This document shows, piece after piece, positions 21,040 to 32,397 of a stretch of 33,442 nucleotides of DNA. Source of the stretch: Ylistrum balloti (lineage: Eukaryota); the NCBI RefSeq assembly GCF_031769215.1, contig NW_026781947.1, forward strand, positions 62,001 through 95,442, read 5' to 3'. Position 1 is the stretch's first letter. Each line of letters begins with the position of its first letter. Made by a program: the position numbers and the translations under genes. Under the pieces are notes generated by a model. That model saw only the letters and a list, made by a program, of their open reading frames with translations, had not been told where the DNA came from and ran no database searches.

Positions 21040-22400
21040 TATAGTAGGATTTCCCAAAAAACGCGTTAAACGCGCATTTCTATTGGGGTCCTTAAAATGG
21101 ATTTACAAATACATTTCCCTCAATAATATACATAACAACTATCATGATTCTCTTGCGTTTTGTTTTGAAAGTTACGTTTCACTTGGATTTTGAACTTAAG
21201 CTTGTTTGATGTACTTTTAATATAACCTGGAAGAAAATTCCATTCTTTTGCGCCGGTAAAATAGAAAGTTGTAGATTCTTTACCTTGTACTGATGGGAAA
21301 ATGAAATTATATGCTGATTACAGGGTATTTTGAAGACATGGATTCTTGTTAAATTATACATGTAGTTTGGAGCCTTTTCATGGAAAACATGAAACATATG
21401 ATTCATTCTGATTAGTACAATAGTACAATGAAATGATATATTTTTTCTATCGCGTACGTACGCGATAATAAAAGGAAAAAATATCTTTCCCTATCGCGTC
21501 CCCACGCGGTAGCTATTGCACGCGATAACTATATGTACGAAAGTTATCGCGTTTATACGCGATATTTATTGCATGGGTACGCGATAGCTACCGCGTGGGT
21601 ACGCGATAGGAAAAGATATTTTTCCTTTTACTAAAGCGTGTTTTTCAAGTACTTTCGTAGATTTAACAAATCCTATAATTAATGTCTAGCATGTTTGTAC
21701 GCAAAAATAACTGCATTTTATACTGTGCCTATTTTGAACATTCAAAATAAATCTTATTACTGTACTTTGTTTTCTGCTACCTGTAATTTATTTTTCAAAA
21801 TATTTTTTCACAACCCTTCATACCAACCAGCACAGGAATAGTCGAAATGATAAAAAATCAATGCCGCGCAAAGCGTTTTTCTCGACTTATACGATAGACA
21901 TTGCTCATTTCTGTAGAGAAATTTTAGTCGATGATTTACTTTTTTAACAGTTGAATCTATTTTTTCTTCACCTGATAGCAAATCGTTAACGTCTATAAAA
22001 AGATATTTTATACACTTCATAGCTTAAATGTCGTGATTATTTCACTATTTTGAATTTCATATTTGTAGCTTTATCCAGATTTCTTTTGGGGCCAGAAATA
22101 ATACTTTCTGTTTTATCTAAATGTAGAGAGAGCTTGTTATACATTAAACGTTCTTGACAAGATTCCAACACCAAAGACATTTTTTGCGATATTACTGCTA
22201 GGTTTAGATGGGAAAGTATAGCAGAATCGTCTGCATACAACATCAACATGCAGTTAGAATCAATGCTGACTTGCATATCATTGACATATATCAAGAACAG
22301 AAGAGGACCTAACAAACTCCCCTGAGGTACCCCATATTTTATGTTACATGACCCCTGCGCAGTGACCTTTTGATTTGATCTGTGAAAAATGCGTATTAAG
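21040..22400 (-). mobile_element. Old, 5'-truncated, degraded L2/Crack-like LINE fragment, tail-to-tail with LINE B and interrupted at 21415-21659
   Basis: Fragments GVPQGSLLGPLLFLIYVNDM, LYADDSAIL, NKLSLHLDKTES, KKVNHRLKFLYR..RKTLCAALI..HFDYSC..WY, KLQVAENK, MNHMFH..KAPNY and TFYFTGAKEWNFLP, with a stop at 21120-21122. There are several frameshifts. Confidence 0.8.
21415..21659. mobile_element. MITE-like nested inverted-repeat insertion rich in TATCGCGT/ACGCGATA
   Basis: ~47-bp inverted arms at 21469-21516 and 21584-21630, an inner hairpin at 21520-21552 and a palindrome at 21448-21467. Imperfect terminal IRs TACAATAGTAC / GTACTTTCGTA. It interrupts the RT reading frame of the surrounding LINE fossil. 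Confidence 0.65.
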
Positions 22401-22625
22401 GCCATTACAAAAATAAGTTCATCTTGTACAACTTAATATCTTGTATGTACGTGTACTATTTTTGTTTTACTTACAAATTATTATCATGCAGGTATAAATT
22501 ATTATTGTGTACGTTCAACATATGATACCTAGACGGATCCGTTAGGGGAAGAATTTGCAACATGACCAACTTGAACGGGTTCTGTTCTTTATTTTCCAGT
22601 ATTTTTTTCACTAACTTAATCGGAT

Positions 22626-22860
22626 TTCTAGTCCACCATCATGAGGTGGTGAAATTGATCCTACATCCGTGATTCTTGTTCTGTCTGTCCGTCCGTAAAC
22701 ATTCCTGTTACCGCTCTTTCTCGGAAAGTACTACAAGGATCCTTCTCAAATATCATACGGTTGTTATTCGTACGTTGCACAGGCTCCATTTTTGAACCAG
22801 TCGTAGTTAGATTTGCCGACAAGTGACCATCTTGAATTTCGACAAGAAATCTTTTCATTT
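22626..22860 (+). mobile_element. 5' fragment of a Helentron-associated non-autonomous element (HINE/pearl-like)
   Basis: T-rich start with the hairpin CACCATCATGAGGTGGTG, then the CTGTCTGTCCGTCCGT microsatellite remnant characteristic of such elements. Confidence 0.45.
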
Positions 22861-23053
22861 GATAGTTCCCCTGGTCCTTAGTTGTACTCTATGGTTGTAC
22901 TGGTTTATGACATCAAAGAATATCACTGACATACATTTATCTAAGAAAGATCTTAGACCTTCTCACATACTTCTTGTCCATGTTATTCTAATGTTATTGA
23001 ATGCTTAAAAGAATGCAAAAAGAAGATTAGGGGAGCAGGGGACGGCTCAGTAA

Positions 23054-23311
23054 TAGTTTGTTTGATTGTGTTTATCGCCCCTTGAACAGCCAGGGTCATT
23101 TTGAGGCGGGGCCTCCTTGTAGTAGTTGGTGACTACCTTACTGAACAACATACGGGAGACCTGCCGCATGTCATCCAAAACAATCAGGATAAAGTGTCTT
23201 GTCCAAGGACACAACCAATGACAGCACAGACTGGTCATATCTCGGCTTCCCGAGAAACACAAACCGCCACCGTCAGCGACCAACGCTCAAACCGACTTAG
23301 CTATCGCGGAT
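23054..23311 (-). mobile_element. tRNA-derived SINE with a CORE-like central motif
   Basis: Minus strand has a head CCGCGATAGCTAAGTCGGTTTGAGCG (A-box-like), a centre TGTGTCCTTGGACAAGACACTTTATCCT (similar to the CORE motif) and a 3' ATGACCCTGGCTGTT...TAAACACAATCAAACAAAC tail. Confidence 0.7.
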
Positions 23312-24464
23312 CGGTCATAGGACTGACGTAGATGATTCTATGATGGGCGCAAAATGCCTCTGGGATCTCTTTTTTTCACATGTCAATTTCAGAAAAAAGG
23401 GCATTGATGATAAAGCTCACGTTTTTAGTAAGCATTAAATGAGAAGAAAAATCAAAGTACTAAAATTACTCAAGACACAAGTGTTATTTCCATAAAAACA
23501 AAAAAAACTAAACAACATACTATAGCCTATATCATACCACGGACTGTCCAATGTCCATTTGGACTTAACTATTTGAAATCTGTTCGGGGATTTTGAAGCG
23601 GGATGATTTGAAGATACCAATAGTTATTTCCAGCAAAATATATCAGTTGGACTACAGTTTGTACGTAGGAATGGGAATAGAAAACAATAAACAAGGGAAG
23701 TTCAGCTGAACTGATACAAAGACAGACAATCGCCCAACTTGCATTCAAAATTTAACCTCATTTTCCGTAATGATAATGTAGTCTTTGTCAATAACAGACT
23801 CCGTTTTATTAATTTCGTTGATTGATTTTAATTCGCTAGGCACAGTTAGCGTACGCTTATTCTAACTGTACAATGTACATTGACATACATGTAAGTCTCG
23901 CTCCCGACTTAGACGCGAGCGTCTTAGAGATAAACAAAACCACGTGATACATTATACCAGATAGACAAGCGTAGCATTCCAATATTTATTTCTGAAGTAT
24001 AAAAATAGAGCTTCCTGGTTTCATTTATTATTCCGTACATTGGTTAGGCCGAACTTAACGGTAGTTACATACATGTACATTATTAAATGTAGCTAGACAG
24101 GTCTAAGCAGTATAGACAGAATCGAGCGAATCCTTCAATGCCAATAAATCACTTTGTCATTTATTTTCTTAAATTTCACTGCACTATGTTTCCTGTGAAA
24201 GTTAACGTCAGGGACAAAGTCTGTGTACAGTAGTAATCGTATCGATATATCAACGTGGATGGTTGGCTATTTTTAAGTAAATCAACTAATCACAACCCTC
24301 GTTATATGGGAAGTTAACGATCCCAATGAAGGTCACATGATCATATACATACTTACTGTGTAAGTTTGGTGCGCTTCATGAACAGAAGTATACATATTGA
24401 ATAGGAAATATTAACATTGTTCTATATTGATCACTTATCAGACTGTGGCATTTGATGGTATAAT

Positions 24465-24790
24465 TATCGACCTTTGACTTACTTAACAACATTCTAACAT
24501 CTGCAGATGAAAACTATACTATCTAGATTAGAATTGATTACTTATCTGACCTATAACCTTTCATTACCTATATATTGACCCTTGACCAACTTAATACTGT
24601 TTTAACATGTGCAGATGAAAACTATACTATGCTGATCGCTTATTTGACCTGTTATAACATATATATTGACCTTTGACCTACTTAACACCGTTGTAACATG
24701 AAAGCTATACTATATTGATTAAAATTGATCTCTTCTTGACCTATAACCTTTCAAGTTGTAATTTGATTGCTTTTGGACCTTGTGAACACG
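24465..24790. repeat. Three diverged ~90-110-bp tandem units (probably HINE core repeats); related pieces at ~25585-25655 and ~25905-25990
   Basis: GACC(T/C)TTGAC at 24469, 24577 and 24668. GCAGATGAAAACTATACTAT recurs at ~24503, ~24611 and ~25606. Confidence 0.65.
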
Positions 24791-25041
24791 GTAACTTAGG
24801 TAAATATGAACAGGACCGTTTTGAGAACCTTTTTAATACCATTTTATAAAAAGATCCACATTTTTAGTGACATTATAGTCAGGTGAATGTTTCACCTCTT
24901 GTTATGAAAGGTATGGTCCTTTGTGACTTTGAATTTTGTTTCACCTGCTTGGCACTTAAATTTAAAATCTTTTAATCTAGGTACACTTGAGATAGTATCA
25001 GAAGAAGACAAACGTTAACAGTGTACCATGCATCAATTGGT

Positions 25042-25084
25042 GGTGCTCAGTAGGTAGAGATTCCGTCTGGAGGTCGGAAGGTCC
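25042..25084 (+). repeat. Truncated tRNA-like SINE head (A box to variable loop, no B box)
   Basis: GGTGCTCAGTAGGTAGAG...CCGTCTGGAGGTCGGAAGGTCC, ending before a T-arm. Confidence 0.3.
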
Positions 25085-25119
25085 TAAAATAGGGAGGGAG
25101 GAATGATTTTTTAAACATT

Positions 25120-25312
25120 GCATTTCAAGGTTCTAAGGTCAAGGTCGCCATTGCTAAGAACAGAATGTCCTCAACTAAACACTTTATTCTTTCACAGGTT
25201 TGGGTCAAACTTTTGTTAATACAAACATCAAGTATGAGTGTACTCAGTCAGACATTTTTGTGTTACAGGGCAGCGGGAGCATTTATGTCTTACAGACATT
25301 TTCTAGTTTTGT
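25120..25312 (+). mobile_element. 3' remnant of a HINE-like element
   Basis: AAGGTCAAGGTC core motif and terminal GCAGCGGGAGCATTTATGTCTTACAGACATTTTCTAGTTT resembling HINE 3' ends; degenerate. Confidence 0.35.
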
Positions 25313-26419
25313 CAAAAATTTGGTAAGACAAAGAAGAGAGAAGTGAAAAATACTTCCATAATATAAGTGAAAAATAACTATTTATTAGATTTAAGAAACT
25401 TAACCTATACCAATGTAAAGGTGAAATGTTGCAAGTTATGGAACTATCAGCAATTTTTTTATAAAATGATTCTATAACGAGATATTAAGCTTTGTTTAAA
25501 TTACCATAAAATTCCGCGCTTGTGCAACACCGAAAGGCCGCAATAGCTACACATGCATGACATATACGTTGACGTTTAGCTATTAAAACACTGTTCTAAC
25601 ATAAGCAGATGAAAACTATACTATGTTGATTACTTAGTTGAGCAGTGACCCGTGAAAATATATACATTCTGCGCTGAAAAAGAGAAAAGAACTGCTAAAC
25701 TAGTTCATACAGTATATTATCCTATTATATATGGATACATCCGATATCTTTTTTGTTTTCTGTATACTTTGTACATGTACGTGGGTCCTCTCTCCAATGT
25801 CCTTGATATCATGTCATCATTGTATTAAATATGTAAACTTATGGACCTTAAGGTCCTTTGAATAAAATTGAATTGATAACAATTATAAACTAAACTTTGA
25901 AACTTGACCCGTGATAACCTACATGTATATATTGATCTTTTATCTACTTAGCACAGTTCTAACATGCGCAGATCAAAATTACTATATCGGAGGTGTACAT
26001 GTAAATCTGTGAGGTTTTGCCTTGCGCCACGAGATCTGGCATGTGTGTTTAACTAAATGCAAATTTCATTAACTAACTTTCGTATCGTTCATAAGCCTCT
26101 AGCTTGTGTTTGACCTTGAGCTGTTACGTATGGTGACTGATTTGTGACATTTCGTTAATTCGTTATTTCGCCCCGAAATAACAACATTTTAGTTTTATCT
26201 AAATTGAAAAGACGACAAAAGTAGAGTGAAAAAACGAAATAAATAACCGCAAATAAGCAACCTACAAATATCGTCTTTTCGCGTTACGAATGTCGTATTT
26301 TCGTCTTTCCTACTTTTCAAAAGGCGAAAAGACGACATTTTAGTTTTATTCAAATTGTCTTCTTTTCGCGGCGAAAAGACGACAAACATAGAGCGAAAAA
26401 ATGAAATAAATACCCGAAA

Positions 26420-26590
26420 GGTAAGGGTCACCTGCCCGACCACGTGGCTTGTCCCCGGGTACTCCAGCTTCCTCCCACAATAAGACTCTTCGCGCGCTTA
26501 CATCCGAGTCAACAAGAGTGATAAGTATAAGTTGAAATAACGTGTTTCGCAGTTGTTGTAAAATAAATAAAGTTTATACTTATAGTATAT
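26420..26590 (+). mobile_element. 5'-truncated V-SINE-like insertion with 9-bp target-site duplication
   Basis: V-domain-like CCCCGGGTACTCCAGCTTCCTCCCACA and tail AAAATAAATAAAGTTT, flanked by TACCCGAAA at 26411-26419 and 26591-26599. Confidence 0.8.
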
Positions 26591-26612
26591 TACCCGAAAT
26601 TAGCGACATATA

Positions 26613-26880
26613 GATATCGTCTTTCGCGTTACAGATGTCGTCTTTCGCGTTACAAATGTCGTCTTTCGCGTTACAGATGTCGTCTTTCCGCGTTACAGAT
26701 GTCGTCTTTCGCGTTACAGATGTCGTCTTTCGCGTTACAAATGTCGTCTTTCGCGTTACAGATGTCGTCTTTCCGCGTTACAGATGTCGTCTTTCCGCGT
26801 TACAGATGTCGTCATTCGCGTTACAAATGTCGTCTTTCGCGTTACAGATGTCGTCTTTCGCGTTACAAATGTCGTCTTTC
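26613..26880. repeat. 21-bp minisatellite, 12 full copies plus a partial
   Basis: Unit TCGTCTTTCGCGTTACA(G/A)ATG. GCGTTAC at 26626, 26647, 26668, 26690, 26711, 26732, 26753, 26775, 26797, 26818, 26839 and 26860. Three units have an extra C. Confidence 0.97.
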
Positions 26881-27239
26881 CGACTTTTCAAAAGACTATA
26901 GATATATATTAGAGGCATTTGTATCGAATTCGGTAAGTAAGGTAGCTAGCAAAGGAAATCTGGAAATCGTGTGCAGTTAACCAGCACTGTTGATTTCGTA
27001 AATAAAAAATATATACTGATATGAAGATATCGTCGAACTTACCAGAAAGAACTACATATCTAATGAAATGCATTTGAAATAAGAGTTGCATTTTGTTATT
27101 CAGTAAGTATATTATAGAATAAGATTTGCAATATACAGCCGGTAATTGTCATTTGCATCAAACGATAATCTTTTAAACAGTCATCTGTACACTTGTTGTT
27201 TTCGTTAGATGTTTTATGCGCTATTCTTTACAGGGGAGG

Positions 27240-27320
27240 AAAAAACGCACGGCAAGTCCCGGGCTCGAACCCAGGACACTCCGAACTCCTAACAGTCGCT
27301 GTGCTTTCTGTTATAGTTAT
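27240..27320 (-). repeat. tRNA-derived pseudogene or SINE head remnant
   Basis: Minus strand has B box GGTTCGAGCCC (27261-27271) in CCTGGGTTCGAGCCCGGG, followed by TTTTTT. The A box and acceptor stem are degenerate. Confidence 0.4.
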
Positions 27321-28044
27321 GATATCGCTTTTATTTACTGTTCAATATCTAACATACTAAAACGGAACTGTTATTGTTTCGGTTGTTCATGTTTATGATT
27401 TTTATAACATTGTTTGATCTTAATGTTCGTATGTAGCTTGTTTTGAATTGTTTACTTGTGATTACAAGATTGTTTTTCCATTTCACAATGATTTATGTAA
27501 GCAACACATGTCGCATATCTGTAAAAAGTAACAAATTTGCCTGCCCTACCTTTTTGCCGTAGGATGCCTTCAGGTTTCTTTTTCTGTACAATTGATAGTA
27601 TATATGTTTGAATTTCATCAATAATAGATATATATTCCAAATTATCAAAGTTGTACTTGACAATATGAAATTTATATATTTACTGCAGTATACAGTATGA
27701 TTTGTACTGCTTGTGCATTGCTTCAAGAATCAAAGCAATGTAAGACATCATCACAACACAAGAGAGTTCAGAATAATTTCAGCTTGTTACTAAAAGTGCT
27801 TGTTCGAATGACAAAAGTCAAGATCAATGTTACTTTAATAGAAATCGGTTTCTTGGCAATATCACGAGCTCCTTTTGGTTAATCATACCTACACTTTATA
27901 CAGTGTTCCTTACTCTAGTATTTGCTTGGAAATGGTGTTTATGTGACGTGACAAAGGTCTCAAACGTTTTTGCGATAAACCTTTTCTCGAAAAAAATCAA
28001 TCGGAAACTATACTGGCATTTCAGACATCCAATTTTAGCTTTTT

Positions 28045-28420
28045 TAGGTCATCTGACCCGAAAGGTCACCATGACCTATTGCCATCGTGCTTTTTTTTAA
28101 CGATTTTTACTAAATAACCGTAATGCTTACGGTACTGATATTTGGCCTGTAGCATGCTTGGAGATGAAGATATACCAAAATTTGTTCAAATGAATGTCCG
28201 CGACCCACTTCCAAGATCAATTAGGTCAAAAGTGTTAAAATATTCTAAGAACTTATTTTCAATAACCGAAACTCCAAAGGTGCTGATATAAGACCTATAG
28301 CTTCTTGGAACGAATATCTGTTCAAATGAAAGTCATTGGTCACAATCAAGTTCAAATCAGTTAAAGTATCAAAATCTTGTGTTTTTGTCAGATGACCGTT
28401 AAGGCCGATGGACCTCTTGT
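28045..28420 (+). mobile_element. Short, complete-ended HINE (Helentron-associated non-autonomous element)
   Basis: Subterminal inverted repeat GGTCATCTGAC (28047-28057) / GTCAGATGACC (28387-28397). 5' hairpins TAGGTCAT/ATGACCTA and TGACC-CGAAA-GGTCA. Two diverged ~148-bp core units (AATAACCG at 28113 and 28261). 3' end AGGCCGATGGACCTCTTGT; T-rich insertion context. Confidence 0.75.
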
Positions 28421-30063
28421 ATTGTTCAATTAAGAATTTTATCTTTTTCTTCAGCTTGTTTTGCAGGTGTCTGTCACTTCCAAGCAGTGAAATTATTTCA
28501 TTGTATTGCTATGTACATATTCATTATTGCACCAAATACAATTATGGAAAAAACACTATTTCTAAAAAAATAATTCTTGATCATATATATGCCATGATTC
28601 CCATCAAATGTTCAACTTTATTTGTACGTTTAATATGAAGCGTTAGATGTAGTTCAGCTACATCTATTTCAATGTTATATCATGTACCGGATTTATAACA
28701 TAACAGAATCAATACATGAGTGAGATTTTATTGCTTCCAGTTTTAATAAAATGAACACTTAAACATGAATACTTTATACACACCTCTTTCACGACGGATT
28801 GCAAGAACACTATAAACAGTATCATATATTGTAAATGGAAACACAATATGTCTTTTTATTTGTTTTCCAATGAACATGTTACTTGATTTTGAAATTATGC
28901 ACTTGTTTGGAATATAGAATAAACGAAAATTGCCGATTTGGTTACAAATTCCTGTACATTCCTTATAAATGATAAACATTTCAATTGCTGACTGTTATGC
29001 AATAACTGGTTGGACAAATGTACATGTATTCAATTTGTCCACCTGATTGAAAATTAAGAATAAATAAAAGCTACAGCGCCGTCAACGATTTCTTAAATCC
29101 CTCGTACAGTCATCTTGACGAGTTCCCCGCCATTTTGAAATTTACACTGAAAAATATGACCTACAACTATCAATTGTTTGATTTTAACTTATTCTAAAAT
29201 GTAGTTACCTCCATTTCCTTGTAAAAAATTGATGTTAATTTTGTATTCAGCTCTGACTGCAACAGTATTTTAAAGCAAAATCTAACGACTTCGCTATGAA
29301 AACATAAGAGGGAAATTATCTTTCGTCTATTTCTTAAATAAAAGAAATGTTATTTGTACACTACATATATGGTGGAATTGCTCAGTAATTCATTACAACT
29401 GTTTAACGAACGAATACATTCATACATAGGTAGTTGGATTCATTTGCAGTTGATAAATGACCAGAGTTTTCCGGATCCTAAAACATGTGAATCCAGAATT
29501 GACACTCCTTGCTTGTTTGACCGCCACCATCGCTCCATTCGCTTAAAGGATATATAAATGAATGTATATACATGACACAGCAACAATACATACATTTTTA
29601 GTGATAGTAACTGCAAGAAAGACATTTATATCCAAACAAACATAATATTATTACACAATATATACACCAATAAAAAGTCATCAACGAAATTATTCGTGTC
29701 TGAGGAATGATTAAACAGTGGCTGAATTCGCCGGTTATTGGTTTTATCATAGATATACAGAACAAAATTATGTGTCAGAATTTTCAATATTATATGCATA
29801 TTGACAAAATGATTGGATGTAAAATAAAACCTTCCATATGCAATGCCAAAATTTTAGATTTTAGAATAACTGCCGCAAAAAAGAACATGCATTAAAATGG
29901 TTTGGAATCATAGCATTTATAAATCAATATATATGTAATAGTATGTTGCTTATTACTATTGGGAATAAGATATACATATGTATATGAAAAATTGTTTTGT
30001 ACAAAAACAACAATTGCAAGCTTTCGAAACCATCTGTCTCCTTGTCAAGCAAAGAGTACAGTG

Positions 30064-30172
30064 GCCGGATGTCGGGCTCTAACCGCTGAAATCAGTTCAA
30101 AACCCATAATGAGACGGGTAAGATCAATGAATCAATGAATCGAGACGAGGGGGATAACGGCTGAGCTATTTT
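30064..30172 (-). repeat. Degenerate tRNA-derived SINE head
   Basis: Minus strand has A-box-like TAGCTCAGCCGTT (~30158-30170) and B-box-like GGTTAGAGCCC (~30074-30084). The spacing is long. Confidence 0.25.
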
Positions 30173-30699
30173 TCTGACGCTATTTCAATATCCACCAAAG
30201 ATGTAAACATCTTACATGTCTCCATGACTGCCTAGTATTGAAGTCATTTAGCCAAAGTGTTGCGAATTTGACAGCTAACTGCACAGTATCGGTTCTTTAG
30301 TCAACTGATTTCACTGAACTGCTTTTTTGTGGACCCGCAAAAGCAATTTCTGCTATGCGTATTCACATACGTTTCATTGGCTTATTTTTTTGGATACAGC
30401 ATGACAAAATAAAATTCCCGTCGTTCGAGTAAATGATGACTGATTGATATATTGAAATGATCTTTGGTTGCATCAAGTGTTAGATAGTGTGTTTATACCT
30501 ACTAATCTATGTGTGTACGAAGGAAAGTAAACAGCTTAAGGATCTATTACAAGTTTTTATTATACGACTGTCAAGTATAAGATCAGATTAACATTGACAG
30601 GATATATATCTTACATGTCGCACGACAAATGTATAGTTCGGAAATTATACAAAGTTAGCGTTTCTAATGTTTTTATCAATTACCCTTAAAGTGGTGGGT

Positions 30700-30870
30700 C
30701 AACGTCATATGACATCGTTGACACCAGGATATTATCAACATTGGTACACAAGATTCTCATTTTAAATACGGAACAATAAAAACTGAAATTCTAGCCCAGG
30801 TTGAGATTGCGACTGATTAACTGACTGAAGGACGGCCGGCCGGACGAACGAGAACAACCTATATAAGGTA
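30700..30870 (-). mobile_element. Degenerate HINE-like fragment
   Basis: GACTGA/GGACGG microsatellite remnant (GACTGATTAACTGACTGAAGGACGGCCGGCCGGACGAACG, ~30811-30850) followed by AACAACCTATA. Confidence 0.3.
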
Positions 30871-31899
30871 ACAGATGAGGATATTCTCTCCTTCACCTCC
30901 CGAGACCCTGCCGCAGCGTTATTCCGGACCCCTTGCGGTTTACCTCCAGTATATTAGCGTAAACTTAACTTATTTTCCTTCAGGTACACCCCTTACCGCT
31001 GTGTATATCTAACTTAAGATGAGAAGGATTTAGTTTCAATATTGACTTCTCTTTGTGAAACATGGTAGGCCTATACAGATGCAAAGTCTTCATAGTGCAC
31101 AAGAAATGCATATTAAATATTGCTAGTCCTACTGTAATATCACAAACAAAACATCAATAAAAACAAATATAAAAATAAACACCTTTGTTTTAACTTCCAA
31201 TCTGCAAACGGCGTCCGTTCATTTACGCATGTCGACCGGAAGGCGAAAAGACGACATTTAATACTTAAATGTGTGATTCTTGATTCTATAAAACGAACTT
31301 AATGTTCGTATAAAACGGGACTGGTGGAAAAGCGGTTAGCTCACTCTCCAAGAAAAACATGTTCGTTGTTGCTGAAAACAATACTCATTCAGATGGATCG
31401 CAATGAAAATGTTACAATAGACACCAAAAGATATAAATCGTGTATCAAAAATAATATGAAAAGGCAACTGAACCTTAACAGAGCGTATCCTTAGTTAAAA
31501 GAGACAGTATGAGATAAGATTCCAATTATTTAAAATAGATAAGTTTATGAAATGAATGTTTTGGTATGAAAAAGACAAAGCCTTATAAGAGAGCAGCTAG
31601 TGAATCTCTTATGTTTACTGAGAATTATTCATAATGAAATTTACTAATTCAGAATGGATAAGATATTCATTATACAAAGTCAGCAAGTCGAGGAATATGA
31701 CGAAATTGGAGCCGAGTACGACTGGAGCGAGTGCAAATAGAATTATTCCTACCGCTGGATAGGGATCAGCATGGTGATGACGTAATACATCACGCAACGT
31801 CAGATTTCTCTGCCAATTTTACGACTTTTCATGTGATTATGAGCCTAACTTGGTCCAGTAATGGGCCGGACCTGGCCTTGAACAACTGATATGTCAATA

Positions 31900-32397
31900 A
31901 ATTCTCATAGTACAGCAATATAATTATAAGATTTAGGCACCAATCCTTTTGATAGTTGTTTGATAGTCTGAAACATCGTTGTTGATATCAATAACACTGT
32001 CAGAAGTGGAGTCTAACATAAATTCTCAAAAATCACATGTTTTTACCCCAAAATATCTGAACCTGTAAAACAATTTCCTGTAAATTGAGGGTAGGTGTTC
32101 AGTATGATGGTATCAGTAGTACTAGTGTGCACAAGCTTTAACGCGGTCGGATATCAAGAATAGTGTAAAAAGTGGAGTTTAACACAAATCCTCACAAATA
32201 CCAAAACCTGTCAATCAATTTCCTTTGTGTTAGGGACAGGTGATAAGTACAGTTGTATGAATAATGTGACCAAGTTTGAATCAAATCGGATAACTATAAG
32301 ACTGTGAAAAGTGGACTTTAACGCAAATGTTGACGCAGTCGCCGCCGCCGGAAAAGTAACACCTTAGTCTCGCCTGCCTCGACTATTGAGACAAAAA
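31900..32397 (-). mobile_element. HINE/pearl-like element: 5' end plus three diverged core repeats
   Basis: AAGTGGA(G/C)T(C/T)TAAC at 32004, 32170 and 32309. GACGCAGTCGCCGCCGCCGG microsatellite remnant. Terminal GTCTC...GAGACAAAAA inverted repeat. The other end was not located. Confidence 0.6.

Larger units (their letters stand above)
26160..26896. repeat. Two diverged units of a GAAAAGACGAC/TCGTCTTT(T)CG-rich repeat; the second carries a SINE insertion and a minisatellite expansion
   Basis: Both units contain GAAAAGACGACAAA...GAAATAAATA.CCG.AA.T.AGC.AC.TA.A.ATATCGTCTTT(T)CGCGTTAC and end TCGTCTTTCC(T/G)ACTTTTCAAAAG (26301-26324 and ~26871-26894). The motif AGGCGAAAAGACGACATTT recurs at ~31241. 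Confidence 0.75.

Noticed and set aside
23892-23925. Twin short hairpins (TAAGTC/GACTTA and AGACGC/GCGTCT)
   Set aside because: May be a decayed HINE end, but the stems are only 6 bp and no associated core repeats were seen.
26613-26880. CRISPR-like regular repeats (also considered for 16070-16830 and 11532-11935)
   Set aside because: Units are head-to-tail without unique spacers, there are no cas genes, and the context is eukaryotic.
26635-26980. ORFs with MSSFALQ repeats
   Set aside because: Produced by the 21-bp minisatellite; the 22-bp variant units shift frame freely, so there is no sign of coding constraint.
27240-27320. Functional tRNA gene
   Set aside because: Only the T-arm/B box is intact; no acceptor stem or proper D-arm can be folded.
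31615-31800. Protein-like stretch (plus frame QSQQVEEYDEIGAEYDWSECK; minus-strand 60-aa ORF)
   Set aside because: In-frame stops, no convincing splice sites and no recognisable family.
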